Positions 37,201-45,707 of a stretch of 64,000 nucleotides of DNA are shown in pieces (the stretch's first letter is position 1; each line of letters starts with the position of its first letter). The stretch spans positions 2,402-66,401 of the forward strand of contig JAJCXP010000366.1 of assembly GCA_029263375.1 (NCBI GenBank). The letters are read 5' to 3'. Both the position numbers and the translations under genes were made by a program. A model generated the notes under the pieces. That model saw only the letters and a list, made by a program, of their open reading frames with translations, ran no database searches and was not told the DNA's origin. Source of the stretch: Acidobacteriota bacterium. Lineage in GTDB: Bacteria; Acidobacteriota; Thermoanaerobaculia; Multivoradales; JAHEKO01.

Positions 37201-39793
37201 TGGGCGTGGAGAAAGCATCGGCTTCCTTGGCGGCCACTCCCGCCGTAGATGAAAGAAGATCTGCGAGCGACTCGCCGACACCGGGAGCGTCTGGGTCAGG
37301 AACGAAGAGCCGGACGTCGTAACGGATGTTGGCGAAGGCTGGTTGCTTCTGGAGCTGCAGCAGCATGGCAGCCAGCACGTTCGCCCGGCCCGCGTTGAAG
37401 GCGTTGACCACTAGGGTCCGCACGTAGGGGTGCTGAACGAGGTAGCGCAGCGCGCGCGACGCTAGGTACGTGCCGTCAATGGCGGCGCCTCCGATGGCCG
37501 GCTCGGGTAGGCCCAGCGCAGCGCACACGTCTCCCACGAGACTGCGCGGGTCTTCCTCGCGCGGCGGTGCGTACAGAGTCCAGAAGGGGTGGAGGTTGTC
37601 GATAGCCGTCAGTAGCCGACCCGCCGTCGTGGGGAGGACCGGGGGGAAACTCACCGGTGCCAGGAGGCACAGAAGTGCCTCCCGTGTTGGCACCGCGAAT
37701 TCCCTCGGAGCTGTCTTGGCTTCTAGGAGCCAGAGCTCGGACAACTCTGCCCAGGCTGCCATCCAAAGCGCCCGGAGCGGGTGCGTCGGCGCTACGAGAG
37801 CCGCCTCTCTCCGGCGGCCTCGGTGATCGCGAATCGCAAGGGTGATGCTGTCTATGGAGAGCATGTGCCGCAGATCGGCCAGTGCCAGCTTCGTCCCGCT
37901 GCCGCCCCTGGACTCAGCTCGATGGAGAAGCTCCTTAATGACTCGGGTATAGGCGTCCGCGTACTCGGTGATGAGCGGGCGAAGTGCCCGCAGGTCAGCC
38001 CCTTGGGTGACGAGTTCCTTGGTCCCTGATTGAACCGCTTCGAAGTACAGTTCTCTGGCAACGAGGAAGCGGCTCACAGCCTCTCCTTCGGGCCAACGTA
38101 CCGACTCACCGGTGGCTTGGCCTGCAGAGCCCATCGAAATCGGAATCCGCCAGCCAATGGGGCCGTCCGCCGCCCTGAGAATCCTCTGCTCCAGGATCTT
38201 GAGTGGGCGGCTCACCGGCACATTAATCGTGCCCCCGTGCCCGAGCCTGACCTCGAGCACGTCGGCTGTGGCAGCTCGAGCCCGCGACCTGCCCTCTGCC
38301 CATTCGACGGACTTGACCACGATGGCGTCGGGATCCCGGCCGTCGATGAGCGCGGTGAAGCGGGCTCGCGTGCGAGCGTGGACCAGACTGGCCTCGCGCT
38401 GCACGGCCCGCTGAGGCGGATCGACGTCCACCTCGCCATCTGGGAGTACATAAAAGAGGTCGCTCTCGTTCGGGCGGGGGGTAATCTCGTCCTCGTCGAC
38501 GGCCCAGGGGAGCGGGTTGCCTGCAGCGTCCACCAGCGGAATGAGATCGCCCTCTTCGGTCTGGGCGAGCACACGCACGAAGTGCCAGCCTTCCTCCCAG
38601 TCAACGCGCCCCAGCTTGGAGAAGCTCACGTTGGCGGCGGTGCGACTGGACTTCCAGACGGACTTGCTCCTAACGAGGCCCACCGGGCCGTGCTCCTTGG
38701 AGATCACCTGCGCGATGAGCTTGCCCAGGCCCTGGACCTTGGCCGGGTGCGGATCAACGCGGAAAGTGACGTTGAACTTGGCGAGGCTCCGCTTCCCGAG
38801 CGGGAGCACCCGCTGACCGATGAGCCGCCCGAAGCGCTTGTCCTCCTCGTCGCCTTGGACAACCGGCAGGTTGGTTTCGACATCGCCGATGAAGATGCTG
38901 TCGGGCTCTTCGCCGCCGTCGTCGAACTCCCAGCGATTAAAGGCCAGCCCCCACAGGCTTCGGTCCAGCACGATAGACCGCGTCCAGCTGCGCGGGTCCT
39001 CAACGCCGGCCTTGGCAAGGAAGTTCCCGAGCTGGATGCGGAACCCGCGGTTTGCCAGGCCCAGGTCCAGCACGCGTCCTCTCTCGGACTTGGCCGACCA
39101 TGTGAGTTTCGTGACGCAATCCTGGTTGCGCGTCACCCGAGCAGGCGCTTTTTCAGGGTACGCGAGCAGCTCGAAATCTGGCACGAGAGACAGCTCGTAG
39201 AGCGCACCTCCGAGCGCTTCCGCGTCGTACCCGTTGACCTTTGCGGTCAGCAGGAACCGCACCACGGCGACAGGATCGGCGAAGGGCCATGGCGGCACGG
39301 CATCGGTTAGGCGTCGCAGCGCCTCGCTGACTGCTCCACGGAGACCAGGCTCTAGCTCTCCCAGGAGCTGGGCACGCAGCTCGCCATACACGTCGCTGAT
39401 CGCGACATCCTCGAATGTGGCAACACCGAACGAATCCTCGGCTGCCGTCCGGATCTCTGGCGGGATGAACGCGAGCAGGGGTGGCCGCTGCGCTCCGTCC
39501 GGCAGTGGGTTGCGCAGCTCGACGAGCTTGGTGGCACTGACGGTGAGCTCCGGGGGCGTTGAAGGCCTTCGTCCGTCTCCCAGGATGACAACTTCGGCGG
39601 CTGGCACCTCAGCGCGGAGACGGCCGCACAACCGCACCATCACATCCACGTCCAGGTCGGCGATGCGCATGCAATGGCCGGCCGTCCGAGAACGAAGGCG
39701 CTCTGCCAGCTGCGGGAGCAGCATACGCTCGAGCTCAGCGGACACGTCGTAGGGCTGGAGCTCACGTAACCCCACTTGTCCAGCGCGGCTCAC
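34208..39793 (-). CDS. 1861-aa protein with C-terminal HerA/FtsK-like (DUF87-type) P-loop ATPase. Last gene of the RM-like/kinase operon
   Basis: C-terminal Walker A ISLFGVQGGGKSYTLG. Walker B KLVVFDEAHKYI. N-terminal ~1450 aa without recognised motifs. Start overlaps the upstream stop (ATGA). Confidence 0.7.
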   Translation of the reverse strand: MSRAGQVGLRELQPYDVSAELERMLLPQLAERLRSRTAGHCMRIADLDVDVMVRLCGRLRAEVPAAEVVILGDGRRPSTPPELTVSATKLVELRNPLPDGAQRPPLLAFIPPEIRTAAEDSFGVATFEDVAISDVYGELRAQLLGELEPGLRGAVSEALRRLTDAVPPWPFADPVAVVRFLLTAKVNGYDAEALGGALYELSLVPDFELLAYPEKAPARVTRNQDCVTKLTWSAKSERGRVLDLGLANRGFRIQLGNFLAKAGVEDPRSWTRSIVLDRSLWGLAFNRWEFDDGGEEPDSIFIGDVETNLPVVQGDEEDKRFGRLIGQRVLPLGKRSLAKFNVTFRVDPHPAKVQGLGKLIAQVISKEHGPVGLVRSKSVWKSSRTAANVSFSKLGRVDWEEGWHFVRVLAQTEEGDLIPLVDAAGNPLPWAVDEDEITPRPNESDLFYVLPDGEVDVDPPQRAVQREASLVHARTRARFTALIDGRDPDAIVVKSVEWAEGRSRARAATADVLEVRLGHGGTINVPVSRPLKILEQRILRAADGPIGWRIPISMGSAGQATGESVRWPEGEAVSRFLVARELYFEAVQSGTKELVTQGADLRALRPLITEYADAYTRVIKELLHRAESRGGSGTKLALADLRHMLSIDSITLAIRDHRGRRREAALVAPTHPLRALWMAAWAELSELWLLEAKTAPREFAVPTREALLCLLAPVSFPPVLPTTAGRLLTAIDNLHPFWTLYAPPREEDPRSLVGDVCAALGLPEPAIGGAAIDGTYLASRALRYLVQHPYVRTLVVNAFNAGRANVLAAMLLQLQKQPAFANIRYDVRLFVPDPDAPGVGESLADLLSSTAGVAAKEADAFSTPTESHLRPKLALAIRPTTDFRRAPEEHAAHLSLLFDLFPAEEVGAARASAEEATAPIHGLVQDFLVDYREDETTVAWARQPRHGLALPLAGAEELTDLLSTVPALISSAAATVATGETGLGLRPVTKLVLDAEDRAILHKVHEVSDWVLTIDRNMGIEFFDHGGRFGRPEYLIDHSPDLAGGLGHRLVITSRSVAELEAMLKPVLEEYCLKADGRHAVAILDQLRSLSGRLALKLISSPSQRAEALGLALSRMYLEHQGVFQNQIVVPLDAHLDLYRALKKSADELGDEVSFKRTDLALFDLDAQARIITCRLVEVKCYKQVGDIGAFNQLKDSIAEQIAQSEEMLGYHFDPRRGPVDRPDRLVKMRELVTLLEFYLDRAIRYGVMSEAAADEARFFLRSLESGYRLDFTRAAIIFDFDKPGTEPPEHESGIEHHRIGADLIQQLIDAALPEPSLDEVAVDAAEDVVLMRPGTSSTTQLSARRERAPSVPALDEAAFLAQSRDRSVSWEDLRARHTLGEESLASTASEAEDSDPADGRDGGSGPVAPPTVASATEPQSVTPELDKLTNEDSVPTSPIAEPDPPTSGEPKAPGVRDWPPYDVLIGATGASPQYGILGELAARKVALDLNETHTISLFGVQGGGKSYTLGTIAEMASLPIPHINELPQPLATVIFHYSPTMDYEPEFTSMVAPNSNEGQIALLRERFGAKPKALSDVVLLVPADKLDQRRREYEGIEVQPLKFAAAELQTSHWRFLMGAVGNQATYIRLLNRVMKSLRHDLTLASLRQGIEGSPLPDHLKDMARLRLDLAAEYIDDSVRLAEIIRPGRLIIVDLRDEFIEKDEALGLFVVLLQLFADARHDGKAFNKLVVFDEAHKYIESPDLVAGLVEVVREMRHKGTSIMVASQDPPSVPVSLIELSSQIILHKFNSPAWLKHIQKANAALRGLTPDKMAHLRPGEAYLWSSQSTDEAFSNGAIKVKCRPRVTEHGGATKTAVGGPDS

Positions 39794-41481
39794 GGCTGAC
39801 CTCCTTCACTCGAGGTGTCGGTAGGCGAGCCGTTACGACCGATCCGGTAACGGGGAACAACCGTCTGGGTGACGTAGGCGTCGGATAGGTCCTGGTAAAA
39901 GCCGACGTCCCGAAGACGCGCCATGAAGGCCTCCAGATTGGACCGTAGCGCGGCGCGATCCGCGATCGACGGAGCGTCGAAGCCGTCTCCATGGGGCAGC
40001 CGATCGATATGCAGGCCGTAGCGCTCGCGCAGGAAAGTCAACAGCGCGTCGATGCGAAGCTCACCGGTGTAGTAGCCCAGCGCTCCTCCCGGTCGCAGAA
40101 CGGCGATCTGAAGCAGCACCTCTAGGAGGCGGCTGTCGAGTACGAACCGGCGCGGTGCTTTCTTGACGCGGGGTTGAGCGATGACGGCACCGGCGCGGTT
40201 CTTCAGCAGAAGCGAGTCGATGCATTCGGTAATGTACTGGCGGTGGAACCGGCCACGCAGCGCGACGAGCATCTCGATGTAGGTCTCGAACTCGTCTAGA
40301 CCCATCTCGGTAACAGCCTTCAGCTCGGGGTCCAGGTCGGCGTCAGGCGCACCGCTGGAGTCTTGGATGAGCCCGTAAACCCGCTGGCCGAAGAACTTCT
40401 CGCGCTCGGCTTTGTGCATCGGCTCGAGGAGCTGGTGGACCTCGGCCACAGTGAAAGTCCCGCTAGGCGGGCTGGTCAGCTTGCCTCGACGCACGAGGTC
40501 GGTGGCGAACTCGTCGAGCTTCCGCGTCGCGAAATAGGCCTTTACGAAGGAGGGAACGCGGCGGTAGTGCATGTCAGCGCTCCGCTCGGCGAGCACCGCC
40601 ATGGTGGTGCCAGGCTGGCTCACGACGTCCAGCAGCAGCCCTACGCGATGCGGGCAGTCACCATGGGGATCGTCCGCGCTTTTCGAGTTCATGGGACAGG
40701 CGGCGCAGGTCGGGTCCTCACCCTTCCGCCGGACTAGCGCCGGCAGCAGCTTGAACAAGCGGAGGTGGTAGAGAGCCAAGTGAAAAGAGAACAGCACCTT
40801 CAGGTAATCGACCATCACCGATCGCGGCACGAAGCGCTGGTAGAAGAGGAGCCGCATCACGTCCTCGGCTAGCAGGTCCGCAGCCCCGACGCAGAGCGGC
40901 GGGTGGCTCTCGCGCCCCGCGCGGGTGTCCGCCGCGTCGTCCACCTGGTCGAGCAAGCGCAGCAGCGCCTGCGTCTCCACGTCGAGAATCGCCCCCTGGT
41001 CGGCACGCCCGGTGACTTTGTCGTGACCCTGGAAGAAAAAGTGGTCGAGGTGCTCGAGCGCCTTCTGCCCAGCCCCGCCGCGGGCGCCGGAGATCAGGTC
41101 ATAGAGGTGCTGCGCGGCGCCGTAGTCACGAGAGTGCTTTGGGTTGCGGAAGCGATAAGTGAATCCGTGCAACGGTCGTGGCGCGGCGATAGCCTGGTTG
41201 GCCTTGCCCCGATTGACCACGTCCATCAAATGAGTCTCGATCCAACGGAACAAGATGTCACGATGGTCGGCAAACCCGGTGAACCACTCGGGGTGCTCGA
41301 GGAACTCCTCCACGAAGGCCTCAGTCGACAGCTCAGCCTTGCGTCGTAGCCGACTCGGGAAGCCGTTGTGGGCCAAGCGCGCAAAAAAGGCCGTCAAGAC
41401 CCGGTCCATCTCGAGCTGCTTGAAGTCGAGGTGACTGATCTTGGGGAGACGAAACTCCCGGTCGCGCTTCGACAAAGCCAT
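39790..41481 (-). CDS. 563-aa conserved hypothetical protein (operon member)
   Basis: Translationally coupled on both sides. Cys cluster CAACPMNSKSADDPHGDCPH could bind metal. No family recognised. Confidence 0.5.
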   Translation of the reverse strand: MALSKRDREFRLPKISHLDFKQLEMDRVLTAFFARLAHNGFPSRLRRKAELSTEAFVEEFLEHPEWFTGFADHRDILFRWIETHLMDVVNRGKANQAIAAPRPLHGFTYRFRNPKHSRDYGAAQHLYDLISGARGGAGQKALEHLDHFFFQGHDKVTGRADQGAILDVETQALLRLLDQVDDAADTRAGRESHPPLCVGAADLLAEDVMRLLFYQRFVPRSVMVDYLKVLFSFHLALYHLRLFKLLPALVRRKGEDPTCAACPMNSKSADDPHGDCPHRVGLLLDVVSQPGTTMAVLAERSADMHYRRVPSFVKAYFATRKLDEFATDLVRRGKLTSPPSGTFTVAEVHQLLEPMHKAEREKFFGQRVYGLIQDSSGAPDADLDPELKAVTEMGLDEFETYIEMLVALRGRFHRQYITECIDSLLLKNRAGAVIAQPRVKKAPRRFVLDSRLLEVLLQIAVLRPGGALGYYTGELRIDALLTFLRERYGLHIDRLPHGDGFDAPSIADRAALRSNLEAFMARLRDVGFYQDLSDAYVTQTVVPRYRIGRNGSPTDTSSEGGQP

Positions 41482-44400
41482 CAGACCACGTCCGCCGGGA
41501 GCGCCACCGGCGCAGTATCGACAGGTCCGAGAGCCTTCATCTCCAGGCGGCCGTCGCCGTGGCGCTCGATACGGTAGAAATCGTGGCCGGTCGTCGTCAA
41601 TAGGACCTCCTGGTACGGCTCGGAGCCGAGCAGATTCTTGAAGACAGCGAGGCTCAGGTAATGCCCCTGCTCCTCCTCAATGCTCGGTCGGTAGCCCTCA
41701 CCCACCCGCTCCAGCATCTCAAAGACGTCGAGGTTGATCTGGATTTCTGCCTCGTTCCCGGCCTCACCCCGGTAGCGCAAGACCAGGCCGATAGGCATGT
41801 GCTCGATGAAGAGCGCGCTGCCGGCAGAGTCGCTGATAGCCAACGAGAATCGCTCGGGTGGGAACACGCGGTAGCTGCGCACCGTGCCGCGTTCTACCTC
41901 CCGCACACGCAGCGCAAGCCTTCCGTCGAGGCGGCCGGGGTCGCTCAACCCCTCTCCGCGGTTAATAGCCCGGAGGATCCGCGGAAGCACCTCATGCAAT
42001 GGTGCCTCGCCCCGCACCAGGCCCAACATCTGCTCGGCGGAGCGGTAGGGGAGCATCTGGCGCCAGCCGGAGTCCCGCCGCTCGAAGAAGGCGCGGCGCC
42101 GGACCATTTCCACATACCCCTGGTGCGCGCCAAGGCGGTGCTCGGTGGGTCGGCCTGAATAGTCACGGGGGAGGTCGTCGAACAGACGCTGGATCACCTC
42201 GCGGTCGTAGTCGGCGCGGCGGGCAAAGCGGAACAGACTTCGGTCGACGACGGGCGACACGAAGTCTATGGCCCGGTCGAACCGCGGATCGCTGACGTGG
42301 CCAACATCGACCTCCTGGAGTAACGCGAGCAACCGATCGGCGTTGGCCGTATCGCCGCCCATCCAGGAGTTGAAGTAAAAGCCCTGGACCACGGCCGCCC
42401 GGTCACCTGCCTTGTAGAGATCGTGGATGGCCTGGCAGTCGCGTGTTCCGGCCAGCATGTATGCGACGGCAGAGCGTAGATCCCTCATCGTGATGTGGAG
42501 TCGACCACGCAGATGCGTGATCGCGTAGAGGGTCTTGAGGCGCTCGATGACCTTGTGTCCCGCGGTCTCGTCCTGGAAGGTCCGCGCATTGTGGAGTACG
42601 TAGCAGCGCTCCTTCAGGTCACAGCTGTTGCAGGGCTCCCAAAAGGCCTCGTGCGTCAGCCGGCGAATGAGCCTCGCGAAGATCGACTCGTCGCCGCCCT
42701 TGGGATCCCCTTCGAAGAGCTCCAGACCACCGGTGGCGGTCACAACGCTGCGGAGGTTGAGGTTGACGACCGCCACGCGGTGCTCTGGCGTGCCGCTGAC
42801 CAACCCCACGCGAACTACTCGTTCGAGGAGCGGGAAGCGCTCGCGCTCCGTGGTGAGGAAGTCGACGAGGCGGCCTTCGTTGATGGCGATGAGGCGGACC
42901 TCGTCGTCTGGCCAGGCGTCCGCGTCCGCGCCGGCGAACGGCGCAAAGAAGTCCCCGAGAACCTCGTCGCTCTTCTGGTCGCCCTCGTCCTGGCTGCCGT
43001 CGTAGTTGGTCAAGTAGGTCCGGTCTTGAAGTCGAAACCGGCGGCCGTTGACTAGCGGCGGGTCAAAGGCCGCCTGGTTGCCATGAGCCCGCTGCTCCAG
43101 CCGCTGCAGGAATGCGGTCTTGCCGTCGCCGGCGTTGCCCGTGATCAACACTAGCCGGAACTCTCCGCGGAGAACCGCGGGCTCCAGCTGCCGGTCGAGC
43201 GCGGTCTCGACGTAGGTTCTCTCACCAAGCGCGTCCAGTCCGCGTGTGCCCACGTTGCTCTGTTGGCTCTGGCTATAGAGCGTCAACAGGCGGGCGACAA
43301 AGGGGTTGGTATTGGGGGGCGTCGAGCCACCGTCGTCGAGCCCGACGGTGGCCCAGGTCTCGGTGGTTTCGGATCTGGCCCGCCGGGCTTGCTGGACTCC
43401 GGCGAGCGATGCCTGCAACTCAGCGATGGACGCGAAGCGGTCGGCGCGCTTCGGCGCGATGGCCTTCACCGCGACTTCGGCGAGCTCGGGTGCCAAATCC
43501 GAGAGCCCGGAGATTGAGCGGGGGTCCAAGGGTGGCTCACCCGGCGGCGGCGTCGCGGCCAGCCAAGGGTATGCCCCCGTGATCGCTTCGTAGAGTGTTA
43601 CCCCGAGAGCGTAAAGGTCGCGATCGGCGAGGTCCGAAGGGCGCGGAACGGCGTTGAGATCGATGTCAGGCGGCAGGTAGCGCCGGGAACCGCCGCCGCG
43701 TCCATTGTCAGCGGCGGCGAGCACGGACACGTTGAAGTCGATGATCCTCACGCCACGGTCGGTCCAGATCAGGTTCCGCGGCTTGATGTCGCAGTGGTAT
43801 ACGCCGTGCCTGTGCAGGTGGGCGAGCCCCTCGGCTACCTGGCGGGCTAGCTCGAGCGCGTCCTCGGGGGCGAAGAGACCGCCCTCGACCATCTCGCCGA
43901 CATCCAGCCCCTCGATGTACTCGAAGACGATGAATGGCGGCCCGCCGCGCGGCAGCAGATCGGCGTCGATGACCTTCACGACGTTCGGGTGCTCGGGCAC
44001 ACGGAGCAACGTCCGGTACTCCTTCTTGAGGCGGTCGAGTGTCGAGTGGCGGTCGCGCAGGATGAGCTTCATCGCGCGCGAGACATCGCCGAGGGTATCG
44101 ATGACCTTGTAGACCACTCCGAATGAGCCGGGGCGGCCGAGGCGGCGATCCACCAGGTACTTGTGCGTCAGATGCGTACCCGGCGCGAGCTGGCTGTAGT
44201 CGACCTCGGGCCGAGGCTCGGTCTCTGGCTCGGGCGCTGTCGGCTCGTTCTCCGCGCTTGCCTCCGCAGCCAGCAGCGTCGCCAGCTCGGTAGCGGCCTT
44301 TCCCGCGGTCGGACGCCGGTCCGGGTCGAAGGCGCAAAGCCGCTGCAGCCAGTTGTCGAAAGCGCTGGCCTGACCGCTTTCCGATGCGTTTCCGTCCCCG

Positions 44401-45707
44401 CCCCGTGGGGTCGCCAGCTCCGGCCGATGCTCCGAGGGCTTCACCGAGAACACGCCGCCCTGATCAAAGACCTCGGTGGGACTGGCGAAAGGCTTATCGC
44501 CGGTGAAGAGCTCGTAGAGCACGAGCCCGGCGCTGAACACGTCAGAGGCCGCGCTCGCTTTCTGGGGCTCCCGGAATGCCTCGGGAGCCGTGTACAGGGG
44601 CTCCAGCTCGTCGACGATCTCGTGCGCGATGGTGCGGGAGCGATCGGTGCCTGCGCGGGCGAAGTCGAAGCCGATGAGCCGCACGCGCTCGTCAGTGCCG
44701 ATCAGAATCGTGCTCGGTGTCAGGTTGCGATGAACGACGTCGTGCTGATGCGCGTGAGCCAGGGCACCGAGCAGTTCCGACGCCACGCGCAGCTTCTGAT
44801 CAAGAGTGAGCGCAAGGTTTGCCTTGTCGATGTGCACGCGTAATGCCTGGCCGCGGACATCCTCGGTAACCAGAACGAAACGATCCTCGTGCTCGTCTAC
44901 AGGGGCGAAGTCCCGTACCCCCACGATAGCGGGATGCCCGGGCATCTGGTTTAGCGCGTTGTAGGCGTTAGCGATCCGGGCCCGCTGCTGGGCAATCTCA
45001 CCTGGGTCCGTGAGATACGGGTCTGCCTTGTAGACTCGCAGCAGGATGCGCCCCGAGCGCTTGCCGGCGAAGGTATTGAATCCGCGGTATTCCGTATACG
45101 CGTCGGTCCCACCGAGGCGCTCCTCGACCTCCCAGTTGCCGAAGCGCAGCGGCCCGGTGCGAGGCCGTGCCACACCCTGGAGCGCCTTGAGCACCATGCT
45201 GTGCAGGATGCTGATGTTCTTGGAGAAGCGACCGCCGATCCGGGCAGCGTTCTGGAATAGCCCGGGAGCCTTGAGGAGTGTGGTGACGCTCGGCGCGTCT
45301 CGACCGCTGGGATCCTGGAGCACGGCCCCGGGGGACGCGAGCAGCACCACCGCATCGACATAGACTCCTTCGAGGTCGCGACGCCCACGCTGGCTATCAG
45401 TGATGATTCCCTTGAGGCTACGCGCGTGGGCGCGGAGTTTGATGAGCGGCGAAGTGTAGGGCTGCCGTCCGTCCGGGTGCCACTTGGGCCCGTAGACGTC
45501 GATGAGCCCGCGCGTGCCCTTCACGTCGACCAGGTACACCGCGTGCGGGGCGATGACTGCCAGGTCCACCTCGAAGAGCTCTCCGCCGCGCACGATCTCG
45601 AAGTTGTGGACGAGCAAGTAGCCGTCCGGAAGGCGGTCCCGTAGGTGGCGAATGGCCCGGCGCTCGGCCTCGTTGACCGGCTCGCCGATGGGGATCACTC
45701 TTGCCAT
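41481..45707 (-). CDS. NERD-domain plus tandem protein-kinase (pseudokinase then kinase) plus P-loop NTPase protein, 1408 aa
   Basis: N-terminal NERD-like segment (VIPIGEPVNEAERRAIRHL...DLAVIAPHAVYLVDVKG). Kinase 1 has HRNLTPSTIL/GFDFAR/YTAPE, with the catalytic Asp replaced by Asn. Kinase 2 has GRPGSFGVVYKV, AMKLI, YHCDIKPRNL, DFN. Then a P-loop LVLITGNAGDGKTAFL. Confidence 0.75.
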   Translation of the reverse strand: MARVIPIGEPVNEAERRAIRHLRDRLPDGYLLVHNFEIVRGGELFEVDLAVIAPHAVYLVDVKGTRGLIDVYGPKWHPDGRQPYTSPLIKLRAHARSLKGIITDSQRGRRDLEGVYVDAVVLLASPGAVLQDPSGRDAPSVTTLLKAPGLFQNAARIGGRFSKNISILHSMVLKALQGVARPRTGPLRFGNWEVEERLGGTDAYTEYRGFNTFAGKRSGRILLRVYKADPYLTDPGEIAQQRARIANAYNALNQMPGHPAIVGVRDFAPVDEHEDRFVLVTEDVRGQALRVHIDKANLALTLDQKLRVASELLGALAHAHQHDVVHRNLTPSTILIGTDERVRLIGFDFARAGTDRSRTIAHEIVDELEPLYTAPEAFREPQKASAASDVFSAGLVLYELFTGDKPFASPTEVFDQGGVFSVKPSEHRPELATPRGGDGNASESGQASAFDNWLQRLCAFDPDRRPTAGKAATELATLLAAEASAENEPTAPEPETEPRPEVDYSQLAPGTHLTHKYLVDRRLGRPGSFGVVYKVIDTLGDVSRAMKLILRDRHSTLDRLKKEYRTLLRVPEHPNVVKVIDADLLPRGGPPFIVFEYIEGLDVGEMVEGGLFAPEDALELARQVAEGLAHLHRHGVYHCDIKPRNLIWTDRGVRIIDFNVSVLAAADNGRGGGSRRYLPPDIDLNAVPRPSDLADRDLYALGVTLYEAITGAYPWLAATPPPGEPPLDPRSISGLSDLAPELAEVAVKAIAPKRADRFASIAELQASLAGVQQARRARSETTETWATVGLDDGGSTPPNTNPFVARLLTLYSQSQQSNVGTRGLDALGERTYVETALDRQLEPAVLRGEFRLVLITGNAGDGKTAFLQRLEQRAHGNQAAFDPPLVNGRRFRLQDRTYLTNYDGSQDEGDQKSDEVLGDFFAPFAGADADAWPDDEVRLIAINEGRLVDFLTTERERFPLLERVVRVGLVSGTPEHRVAVVNLNLRSVVTATGGLELFEGDPKGGDESIFARLIRRLTHEAFWEPCNSCDLKERCYVLHNARTFQDETAGHKVIERLKTLYAITHLRGRLHITMRDLRSAVAYMLAGTRDCQAIHDLYKAGDRAAVVQGFYFNSWMGGDTANADRLLALLQEVDVGHVSDPRFDRAIDFVSPVVDRSLFRFARRADYDREVIQRLFDDLPRDYSGRPTEHRLGAHQGYVEMVRRRAFFERRDSGWRQMLPYRSAEQMLGLVRGEAPLHEVLPRILRAINRGEGLSDPGRLDGRLALRVREVERGTVRSYRVFPPERFSLAISDSAGSALFIEHMPIGLVLRYRGEAGNEAEIQINLDVFEMLERVGEGYRPSIEEEQGHYLSLAVFKNLLGSEPYQEVLLTTTGHDFYRIERHGDGRLEMKALGPVDTAPVALPADVV

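Noticed and set aside
36158-39310. Plus-strand ORFs (up to 426 aa) antisense to the 1861-aa gene
   Set aside because: Antisense to a continuous 5.6-kb ORF that is coupled to the upstream gene and carries Walker motifs. No motifs of their own.
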